From: Nemertoderma westbladi
Lineage: Eukaryota > Animalia > Xenacoelomorpha
DNA length: 64,000 bases
Assembly (NCBI GenBank): GCA_032718475.1
Contig: JAUCBJ010007015.1
Coordinates: forward strand, 1-64,000
Reading direction: 5' to 3'
A program made the translations under genes and the position numbers. Each line of letters starts with the position of its first letter. Position 1 is the stretch's first letter. This document shows positions 42,101-55,400 of the stretch, piece after piece. Below the pieces are notes generated by a model that did no database searches, had not been told where the DNA came from, and worked only from the letters and a program-made list of their open reading frames with translations.

Positions 42101-43459
42101 CAATACGTGCGGTACTTACATGATACACCAATACGTGCGGTACTTACATGATACACCAATACTTGCGGTACTTACATGGTACACCAATACTTGCGGTACT
42201 TACATGATACACCAATACTTGAGGTACTCACTTGCGGTACTTACATGATACACAATACAGCGGTACTTACATGATACACCAATACTTGCGGTACTTACAT
42301 GATACACCAATACTTGAGGTACTTACATGATACACCAATATTTGCGGTACTTACATGATACACCAATACTTGAGGTACTCACTTGCGGTACTTACATGAT
42401 ACACAATACTTGCGGTACTTACATGATACACCAATACTTGCGGTACTTACATGATACACCAATACTTGAGGTACTCACTTGCGGTACTTACATGATACAC
42501 CAATACTTGAGGTACTCACTTGCGGTACTTACATGATACACCAATACTTGAGGTACTCACTTGCGGTACTTACATGATACACAATACTTGCGGTAGTTAC
42601 ATGATACACCAATACTTGCGGTACTTACATGATACACCAATACTTGCGGAACCAGCTGTACATGATACACCATTACTTTTCGGTACTTCATGATACACCA
42701 ATACTTGCAGTACTTACATGATACACCAATACTTGCGGTACTTACATGATACACCAATAATTGCGGAACCAGCTGTACATGATACACCAATACTTGCGGT
42801 ACTTACAAGATAAACCAATACTTGCGGTACTTACATGATACACCAATACTTGCGGTACTTACATGATACACCAATACTTGAGGTACTTACATGATACACC
42901 AATACTTGAGGTACTTACATGATACACCAATACATGCGGTACTTACATGATACACCAATACTTGAGGTACTTACATGATACACCAATACTTGCGGTACTT
43001 ACATGATACACCAATACTTGCGGTACTTACATGATACACAATACTTGCGGTACTTACATGATACACCAATACTTGCGGTACTTACATGATACACCAATAC
43101 TTGCGGTACTTACATGATACACCAATACTTGCGGTACTTACATGGTACACCAATACTTGAGGTACTCACTTGTGGTACTTACATGATACACCAATACTTG
43201 CGGTACTTACATGATACACCAATACTTGAGGTACTTACATGATACACCAATACTTGCGGTACTTACATGATACACCAATACTTGCGGTGCTTACATGATA
43301 CACCAATACTTGCGGTACTTACATGATACACCAATACTTGCGGTACTTACATGATACACCAATACTTGCGGTACTTACATGGTACACCAATACTTGAGGT
43401 ACTCACTTGTGGTACTTACATGATACACCAATACTTGCGGTACTTACATGATACACCAA
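21126..43459. repeat. 28-bp satellite, right block; the terminal unit overlaps the scramblase exon end
   Basis: Same monomer with 27- and 41-bp variants and kb-scale duplications; ends at ATACACCAA 43459, inside the exon. Confidence 0.98.
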
Positions 43460-43674
43460 ACAAATCGGCATCAGTAAAGAGTTCCTTAGCGATCCCGCTG
43501 AATTTCTTTGCGATCTCACCAATAGGAGTTCCTCTACGATCCAGATGAGAATTGATGTTAAACGTCTTATCGAAACACCACAATATATCACATATAAGAA
43601 GTGGACCCTTTATTCCGAATATAGGATAATGGTCCTTATCCAAAATTTCAAATCTTGGAGCTAATAAACTGCAT
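43448..43674 (-). CDS. PLSCR: Phospholipid scramblase internal exon (CSLLAPRFEILDKDHYPIFGIKGPLLICDILWCFDKTFNINSHLDRRGTPIGEIAKKFSGIAKELFTDADLFGVS)
   Basis: 227 nt = 1+75x3+1; acceptor aatattcacag, donor CAT|gtaagt. Aligns by eye with PLSCR1 PKFTI..[30 protein letters not shown]. Upstream exons were not found in the window. Confidence 0.93.
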
Positions 43675-43748
43675 CTGTGAATATTTTATAAGTAAAAGAA
43701 ATAAACTTAATAATGATTACAGTCATTTTAGTGCGATTATTTATAATA

Positions 43749-46700
43749 TAAAATAACTACGAATACAATTAAAATAACTACAAATACAATTAAAATAACT
43801 ATGAATACAATTAAAATAACTACGAATAGAATTAAAATGACTACAAATACAATTAAAATAACTACAAATACAATTATTAAAATAACTATGAATACAATTA
43901 AAATAACTACAAATACAATTAAAATAACTACAAATACAATTAAAATAACTACAAATACAATTAAAATAACTACGAATACAATTAAAATGACTACAAATAC
44001 AATTAAAATAACTACGAATACAATTAAAATAACTATGAATACAATTAAAATAACTACGAATACAATTAAAATAACTACAAATACAATTAAAATAACAACG
44101 AATACAATTAAAATAACTACGAATACAATTATTAAAATAACTATGAATACAATTAAAATAACTATGAATACAATTAAAATAACTACGAATACAGATAAAA
44201 TAACTACGAATACAATTAAAATAACTACGAATACAGTTAAAATAACTACGAATACAATTAAAATAACTACGAATACAGTTAAAATAACTACGAATACAAT
44301 TAAAATAACTACAAATACAATTAAAATAACAACGAATACAATTAAAATAACTACGAATACAATTAAAATAACTACAAATACAATTATTAAAATAACTATG
44401 AATACAATTAAAATAACTATGAATACAATTAAAATAACTACGAATACAATTAAAATAACTACAAATACAATTAAAATAACAACGAATACAATTAAAATAA
44501 CTACGAATACAATTAAAATAACAACGAATACAATTAAAATAACTACGAATACAATTAAAATAACTATGAATACAATTAAAATAACTACAAATACAATTAT
44601 TAAAATAACTATGAATACAATTAAAATAACTACGAATACAGTTAAAATAACTACAAATACAATTATTAAAATAACTACGAATACAATTAAAATAATTACA
44701 AATACAATTAAAATAACTACGAATACAATTAAAATAACTACGAATACAATTAAAATAACAACGAATACAATTAAAATAACTACGAATACAATTAAAATAA
44801 CTACAAATACAATTATTAAAATAACTATGAATACAATTAAAATAACTACGAATACAGTTAAAATAACTACAAATACAATTATTAAAATAACTACGAATAC
44901 AATTAAAATAATTACAAATACAATTAAAATAACTACGAATACAATTAAAATAACAACGAATACAATTAAAATAACTACGAATACAATTATTAAAATAACT
45001 ATGAATACAATTAAAATAACTACGAATACAATTAAAATAACTACGAATACAATTATTAAAATAACTATGAATACAATTATTAAAATAACTACGAATACAG
45101 TTAAAATAACTACAAATACAATTATTAAAATAACTACGAATACAATTAAAATAATTACAAATACAATTAAAATAACTACGAATACAATTAAAATAACTAC
45201 GAATACAATTAAAATAACAACGAATACAATTAAAATAACTACGAATACAATTAAAATAACTACAAATACAATTATTAAAATAACTATGAATACAATTAAA
45301 ATAACTACGAATACAGTTAAAATAACTACAAATACAATTATTAAAATAACTACGAATACAATTAAAATAATTACAAATACAATTAAAATAACTACGAATA
45401 CAATTAAAATAACAACGAATACAATTAAAATAACTACGAATACAATTATTAAAATAACTATGAATACAATTAAAATAACTACGAATACAATTAAAATAAC
45501 TACAAATACAATTATTAAAATAACTACGAATACAATTAAAATAATTACAAATACAATTAAAATAACTACGAATACAATTAAAATAACAACGAATACAATT
45601 AAAATAACTACGAATACAATTATTAAAATAACTATGAATACAATTTAAATAACTACGAATACAATTAAAATAACTACAAATACAATTATTAAAATAACTA
45701 TGAATACAATTAAAATAACTACGAATACAGTTAAAATAACTACAAATACAATTATTAAAATAACTACGAATACAATTAAAATAACTACAAATACAATTAT
45801 TAAAATAACTACGAATACAATTAAAATAACTACAAATACAATTAAAATAACAACGAATACAATTAAAATAACTACAAATACAATTATTAAAATAACTACA
45901 AATACAATTAAAATAACTACGAATACAATTAAAATAACTACAAATACAATTAAAATAACTACGAATACAATTAAAATAACTACAAATACAATTATTAAAA
46001 TAACTACAAATACAATTAAAATAACTACGAATACAATTAAAATAACAACGAATACAATTAAAATAACTACAAATACAATTAAAATAACTACGAATACAAT
46101 TATTAAAATAACTACAAATACAATTAAAATAACTACGAATACAATTAAAATAACTACGAATACAATTAAAATAACTACAAATACAATTATTAAAATAACT
46201 ACAAATACAATTAAAATAACTACGAATACAATTAAAATAACAACGAATACAATTAAAATAACTACAAATACAATTAAAATGACTACGAATACAATTAAAA
46301 TAACAACGAATACAATTAAAATAATTACAAATACAATTAAAATAACTACAAATACAATTATTAAAATAACTACAAATACAATTATTAAAATAACTACAAA
46401 TACAATTATTAAAATAACTACAAATACAATTAAAATAACTACGAATACAATTAAAATAACTACAAATACAATTATTAAAATAACTACAAATACAATTAAA
46501 ATAACTACGAATACAATTAAAATAACTACGAATACAATTAAAATAACTACAAATACAATTATTAAAATAACTACAAATACAATTAAAATAACTACGAATA
46601 CAATTAAAATAACAACGAATACAATTAAAATAACTACAAATACAATTAAAATAACTACGAATACAATTAAAATAACTACAAATACAATTATTAAAATAAC

Positions 46701-49700
46701 TACAAATACAATTAAAATAACTACGAATACAATTAAAATAACTACAAATACAATTATTAAAATAACTACAAATACAATTAAAATAACAACGAATACAATT
46801 AAAATAACTACAAATACAAATAAAATAACTACGAATACAATTAAAATAACTACAAATACAATTATTAAAATAACTACAAATACAATTAAAATAACTACAA
46901 ATACAATTATTAAAATAACTACAAATACAATTAAAATAACTACGAATACAATTAAAATAACTACAAATACAATTATTAAAATAACTACAAATACAATTAA
47001 AATAACTACAAATACAATTATTAAAATAACTACAAATACAATTATTAAAATAACTACAAATACAATTAAAATAACTACGAATACAATTAAAATAACTACA
47101 AATACAATTATTAAAATAACTACAAATACAATTAAAACAACTACGAATACAATTAAAATAACTACGAATACAATTAAAATAACTACAAATACAATTATTA
47201 AAATAACTACAAATACAATTAAAATAACTACGAATACAATTAAAATAACTACGAATACAATTAAAATAACTACAAATACAATTATTAAAATAACTACAAA
47301 TACAATTAAAATAACTACGAATACAATTAAAATAACAACGAATACAATTAAAATAACTACAAATACAATTATTAAAATGACTACGAATACAATTAAAATA
47401 ACAACGAATACAATTAAAATAATTACAAATACAATTAAAATAACTACGAATACAATTAAAATAACTACGAATACAATTAAAATAACTACAAATACAATTA
47501 TTAAAATGACTATGAATACAATTAAAATAACTACGAATACAGTTAAAATAACTACAAATACAATTATTAAAATAACTACGAATACAATTAAAATAATTAC
47601 AAATACAATTAAAATAACTACGAATACAATTAAAATAACTACGAATACAATTAAAATAACTACAAATACAATTATTAAAATGACTATGAATACAATTAAA
47701 ATAACTACGAATACAGTTAAAATAACTACAAATACAATTATTAAAATAACTACGAATACAATTAAAATAACTACAAATACAATTATTAAAATAACTATGA
47801 ATACAATTAAAATAACTACGAATACAGTTAAAATAACTACAAATACAATTATTAAAATAACTACGAATACAATTAAAATAATTACAAATACAATTAAAAT
47901 AACTACGAATACAATTAAAATAACTACGAATACAATTAAAATAACTACGAATACAATTAAAATAACTACAAATACAATTATTAAAATAACTACAAATACA
48001 ATTAAAATAACTACGAATACAATTAAAATAACAACGAATACAATTAAAATAACTACGAATACAATTAAAATAACTACAAATACAATTAAAATAACTACGA
48101 ATACAATTAAAATAACTACAAATACAATTATTAAAATAACTACAAATACAATTAAAATAACTACAAATACAATTATTAAAATAACTACAAATACAATTAA
48201 AATAACTACAAATACAATTAAAATAACTACGAATACAATTAAAATAACTACAAATACAATTATTAAAATAACTACAAATACAATTAAAATAACTACGAAT
48301 ACAATTAAAATAACTACAAATACAATTATTAAAATAACTATGAATACAATTAAAATAACTACGAATACAATTAAAATAACTACAAATACAATTATTAAAA
48401 TAACTACAAATACAATTAAAATAACTACGAATACAATTAAAATAACTACAAATACAATTATTAAAATAACTACAAATACAATTAAAATAACTACAAATAC
48501 AATTAAAATAACTACGAATACAATTAAAATAACTACAAATACAATTATTAAAATAACTACAAATACAATTAAAATAACTACGAATACAATTAAAATAACT
48601 ACAAATACAATTATTAAAATAACTACAAATACAATTAAAATAACTACGAATACAATTAAAATAACTACAAATACAATTATTAAAATAACTATGAATACAA
48701 TTAAAATAACTACGAATACAATTAAAATAACAACGAATACAATTAAAATAACTACGAATACAATTAAAATAACAACGAATACAATTAAAATAACTACGAA
48801 TACAATTAAAATAACTACGAATACAATTAAAATAACTACGAATACAATTAAAATAACTACGAATATAATTAAAATAACTACAAATACAATTATTAAAATA
48901 ACTATGAATACAATTAAAATAACTACGAATACAGTTAAAATAACTACAAATACAATTATTAAAATAACTACGAATACAATTAAAATAACTACAAATACAA
49001 TTAAAATAACTACGAATACAATTAAAATAACTACGAATACAATTAAAATAACATCGAATACAATTAAAATAACTACGAATACAATTAAAATAACTACAAA
49101 TACAATTATTAAAATAACTATGAATACAATTAAAATAACTACGAATACAGTTAAAATAACTACAAATACAATTATTAAAATAACTATGAATACAATTAAA
49201 ATAACTACGAATACAGTTAAAATAACTACAAATACAATTATTAAAATAACTACGAATACAATTAAAATAACTACAAATACAATTAAAATAACTACGAATA
49301 CAATTAAAATAACTACGAATACAATTAAAATAACTACGAATACAATTAAAATAACTACAAATACAATTATTAAAATAACTATGAATACAATTAAAATAAC
49401 TACGAATACAGTTAAAATAACTACAAATACAATTATTAAAATAACTACGAATACAATTAAAATAACTACGAATACAATTAAAATAACTACAAATACAATT
49501 ATTAAAATAACTATGAATACAATTAAAATAACTACGAATACAGTTAAAATAACTACAAATACAATTATTAAAATAACTACGAATACAATTAAAATAACTA
49601 CAAATACAATTAAAATAACTACGAATACAATTAAAATAACTACGAATACAATTAAAATAACATCGAATACAATTAAAATAACTACGAATACAATTAAAAT

Positions 49701-52475
49701 AACTACAAATACAATTATTAAAATAACTATGAATACAATTAAAATAATTACAAATACAATTAAAATAACTACGAATATAATTAAAATAACAACGAATACA
49801 ATTAAAATAACTACGAATACAATTAAAATAACTACAAATACATTTATTAAAATAACTACAAATACAATTAAAATAACTACAAATACAATTAAAATAACTA
49901 TGAATACAATTAAAATAACTACGAATACAATTAAAATAACTACAAATACAATTATTAAAATAACAACAAATACAATTAAAATAACTACGAATACAATTAA
50001 ATTAATTACAAATACAATTATTAAAATAACTATGAATACAATTAAAATAATTACAAATACAATTATTAAAATAACTACGAATACAATTAAAATAATTACA
50101 AATACAATTAAAATAACTACGAATATAATTAAAATAACAACGAATACAATTATACAGTATATGTAGTTATTATATATATATATATACAAATACATATACA
50201 AATATATATATACTACAAATACAATTAAAATAACTATGAATACAATTAAAATAACTACGAATACAATTAAAATAACAACGAATACAATTAAAATAACTAC
50301 GAATACAATTAAAATAACATCGAATACAATTAAAATAACTACGAATACAATTAAAATAACTACAAATACAATTATTAAAATAACTATGAATACAATTAAA
50401 ATAATTACAAATACAATTAAAATAACTACGAATATAATTAAAATAACAACGAATACAATTAAAATAACTACGAATACAGTTAAAATAATTACAAATACAA
50501 TTAAAATAACTACGAATATAATTAAAATAACAACGAATACAATTAAAATAACTACGAATACAATTAAAATAACAACGAATACAATTAAAATAAAATGACT
50601 ACGAATACAATTAAAATAACTACGAATACAGTTAAAATAATTACAAATACAATTAAAATAACTACGAATACAGTTAAAATAATTACAAATACAATTAAAA
50701 TAACTACGAATATAATTAAAATAACAACGAATACAATTAAAATAACTACGAATACAATTAAAATAACTACAAATACAATTATTAAAATAACTATGAATAC
50801 AATTAAAATAATTACAAATACAATTAAAATAACTACGAATACAATTAAAATAACAACGAATACAATTAAAATAACTACGAATACAATTAAAATAACATCG
50901 AATACAATTAAAATAATTACGAATACAATTAAAATAACTACAAATACAATTATTAAAATAACTATGAATACAATTAAAATAATTACAAATACAATTAAAA
51001 TAACTACGAATATAATTAAAATAACAACGAATACAATTAAAATAACTACGAATACAATTAAAATAACTACAAATACAATTATTAAAATAACTACAAATAC
51101 AATTAAAATAACTACAAATACAATTAAAATAACTATGAATACAATTAAAATAACTACGAATACAATTAAAATAACTACAAATACAATTATTAAAATAACA
51201 ACAAATACAATTAAAATAACTACGAATACAATTAAATTAATTACAAATACAATTATTAAAATAACTATGAATATAATTAAAATAATTACAAATACAATTA
51301 TTAAAATAACTACGAATACAATTAAAATAATTACAAATACAATTAAAATAACTACGAATATAATTAAAATAACAACGAATACAATTATACAGTATATGTA
51401 GTTATTATATATATATATATACAAATACATATACAAATATATATATACTACAAATACAATTAAAATACTATGAATACAATTAAAATAACTACGAATACAA
51501 TTAAAATAACAACGAATACAATTAAAATAACTACGAATACAATTAAAATAACATCGAATACAATTAAAATAACTACGAATACAATTAAAATAACTACAAA
51601 TACAATTATTAAAATAACTATGAATACAATTAAAATAATTACAAATACAATTAAAATAACTACGAATATAATTAAAATAACAACGAATACAATTAAAATA
51701 ACTACGAATACAGTTAAAATAATTACAAATACAATTAAAATAACTACGAATACAATTAAAATAACTACAAATACAATTAAAATAACTACGAATATAATTA
51801 AAATAACAACGAATACAATTAAAATAACTACGAATACAATTAAAATAACAACGAATACAATTAAAATAAAATGACTACGAATACAATTAAAATAACTACG
51901 AATACAGTTAAAATAATTACAAATACAATTAAAATAACTACGAATACAGTTAAAATAATTACAAATACAATTAAAATAACTACGAATATAATTAAAATAA
52001 CAACGAATACAATTAAAATAACTACGAATACAATTAAAATAACTACAAATACAATTATTAAAATAACTATGAATACAATTAAAATAATTACAAATACAAT
52101 TAAAATAACTACGAATACAATTAAAATAACAACGAATACAATTAAAATAACTACGAATACAATTAAAATAACATCGAATACAATTAAAATAATTACGAAT
52201 ACAATTAAAATAACTACAAATACAATTATTAAAATAACTATGAATACAATTAAAATAATTACAAATACAATTAAAATAACTACGAATATAATTAAAATAA
52301 CAACGAATACAATTAAAATAACTACGAATACAATTAAAATAACTACAAATACAATTATTAAAATAACTACAAATACAATTAAAATAACTACAAATACAAT
52401 TAAAATAACTATGAATACAATTAAAATAACTACGAATACAATTAAAATAACTACAAATACAATTATTAAAATAAC
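43749..52475. repeat. 21/24-bp AT-rich satellite (AAATAACTAC[G/A]AATACAATT[ATT]A), left block
   Basis: Visible tandem array; the 24-bp units have an extra ATT. Confidence 0.98.
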
Positions 52476-55400
52476 TATATTTATTACCCTGATATTTTGT
52501 TATTTTTCCGGTTATTTTAACCCGAGGAACAGGAACTAGCCGAGGCGTAGCCGAGGCTTTCCTGTTCCGAGGGTTAAAATAACCGGAAAAATAACAAAAT
52601 ATCAGGGTAATAAATGTGTTGTTTCCAACTAATCTCGGAAAAAATAACCAACTACATCATGTTTATATCAAGAAGCCACTATTAATTTACAATATACCAA
52701 ACCCATCCAGATACCCTAGATTTCTAAAAGGGTTTTGTTTGGGGGTAGAAATATAAAAATGGGGCTTGGAAATTTTGGGGGGAGACACTAATTACAAATT
52801 AATAAATAACACGAGCGGCCAAGGCATAAAATAAATAAATAACATGAGCGGGCCTAGGCCTAACAATTTTCCCCTGGCGGGTAAACTGGAATAAAGTAAA
52901 AAAAACTAATAAATATAATAGATCAAATAATAAAGTAATATAAAATAAATGATAGAAAATACTAGAATTTTTTTCCATTCCACAGTATGTATAGGTAACA
53001 CGATGATAGTGATGGGAGTCTACTCGGGACAGCTGAGAGCGTTACATCGTGTGGAATTGGGTGAGACACAACGTAGACAGAACCATTCGTGTGAGAATAG
53101 GTGAAAAGACGCATTGATGCATTTTAACGATTTATTGCACACGCAATGCATATTTTTATTTTATCACTCAGCATTTACCTTTGTATAAAAAATGGCAGAA
53201 AATGTATGTAAAGTACTGTAGGCCTAACCCAAACACTTCGCTTCGATGCAATAAATTCCACCAGCACTTAATTTTTTGTACTTCAAAATTCAATGAAACC
53301 CAAGTTTCCGAAACCAGTGCATGTGCGACTCGCGAAAGGGTAAAAATCATTCACAAAAAATAATCACACACATACTGACATATTGTATTTTCTTATAGGG
53401 AGGGGTAACCTAACAGGGTAACATAAAGTACAGTAGGTATACATTACACGTTAGATTGCTGTAAAAATTTTACATATTAATGCCAGCAGTAATACCGATT
53501 TCACAACTTACTGTATGTAATATTACTCTTAAATTGTTAGCGTACACGTACTCTTTCGATCGAATACTGTATACCCAAAAATCGGGAAAAGGAGGTACTT
53601 TTTCCATAGGAAAATAGTAACCATACGATTGCATTAATTTTACTTTTTTCCCGGCGAAAATAGGAAAATAAAATATTTTTGGTGTCATTTTTTAAATTTC
53701 ATTAATTGTGTTGCAAGAGCATCGACGTAGAAAAGGTTTGCAAGTAATTTGTGCTAAATATATGCACGCACTCTATACATGAATGCGTTAGGTTCGTGAG
53801 TTTTTTGAAAGGGAAAGAATTGAGTTGATCGGCTAGCAGCAGAAACTAGATTGGGGCTAAGGATCTATCGGTGAGGAATAGGAGCTCTCCCAGGAACGCT
53901 GTTTCCATTTTATGCATGGTTGTTAACAAATTATAAAAGAGAGAATTCAGATTAGAGATAGTATATTCAAATAATAATATAATATGAATAACAATCATAA
54001 GAATTTGTGCTCCCAGTATAAACGGGTAAACACCTAATAATATCGTTACCGTAAATGACTCTAGGTGACTGCCGGGATATTAACTACACTGCCTTAAATA
54101 TGCAGAAATGTACAAAGAACAATGTGGTAATCAATTCACTCCAGCTGGTTGCTCACTAAGCAATCCCATTGGCAGTTACACTAGAAATCACTTAGGATAG
54201 ATTACAGGCCAACTCAATAAAGTAATATGTATGCACTGCACAACATTATAACAGTTACACAAGGGGGGTTACATTGGATCAGCGCCTGATATAATACTGT
54301 CATAAAGCATTAAGAATACGAAGTAGTCTTCTATAGGGGCAACTAAATGCAATAACTGATCCAATGGGGCCCCAAATATATAATATTGCACAGAAGTTCT
54401 GCTGATCTAAATCATCCGTATGGCCATTTTTGTTTGCAGAATACTAAGTAAATGGAACCGTGTACAGTCCCCCTAATCTTTCCTGATGTGTACAGGATAG
54501 ATTACGAAGCAAATCGGTTCACAACAGTAGGCACTATTATTATGTCATAAAACAAAGATAGAAAAAATAAGAGAAACAATTAGTTCAAATTTTGAAAAAA
54601 TGGTTTATTTTTAAAATATAGGATATCTAATCTGAAAAAAAAAAAAAAAAAAAAAAAAAAACAGCCAAAAGTAACTAACACAACGAAAATTATTTCGTGA
54701 GGCTAGGGATTATAATCCCTCGTTTACAGATACGAGAGTACCGGCGGACAAACAACGTCGGTTTGCCCGATGTGTCCCTAACGACCGGAAAACATATGAC
54801 GCAATGTTAGCGAGAATAACTTCTGAATCGAGTTTAGTAGCCTGTTAGAATTTCATTCAGTCACGAAGTAATAAATAACGGGTACTTAGCCTGATAAAGA
54901 AATTTCTCTAATCATCCTAGAGTCGGTGAATAGATAGATAAGATCAACCTTTAGATACGATGTCTCCTTTAGAAAATCCGTAGTCCAACAGATAGTCTGC
55001 TTCCAAAACTTCAACTCTTTCGGCGAGATGGAACGCACCAATTCGCTGCACACATATTCTTATTATACACGAATGCGTTAGGTTCGTGAGTTTTTTGAAA
55101 GGGAAAGAATTGAGTTGATCGGCTAGCAGCAGAAACTAGATTGGGGCTAAGGATCTATCGGTGAGGAATAGGAGCTCTCCCAGGAACGCTGTTTCCATTT
55201 TATGCATGGTTGTTAACAAATTATAAAAGAGAGAATTCAGATTAGAGATAGTATATTCTAATAATAATATAATATGAATAACAATCATAAGAATTTGTGC
55301 TCCCAGTATAAACGGGTAAACACCTAATAATATCGTTACCGTAAATGACTCTAGGTGACTGCCGGGATATTAACTACACTGCCTTAAATATGCAGAAATG

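Larger units (their letters stand above)
7431..43447 (-). other. 36,017-bp GT-AG phase-1 intron of the scramblase gene
   Basis: Bounded by GTAAGT at 43447 and TTTTTCAG at 7431; joining the exons restores DADLFGVS-F-PHDLDV. Confidence 0.88.

Noticed and set aside
7598-43459. CRISPR-like 28-bp repeats and the many MIHQYLRYLH ORFs
   Set aside because: Head-to-tail repeats without unique spacers, no cas genes, eukaryotic context. The ORFs are translations of the satellite cycling through frames.
43416-43643. Stand-alone 75-aa ORF from the ORF track
   Set aside because: It is the scramblase exon read through its donor into the satellite; true boundaries are 43448-43674.
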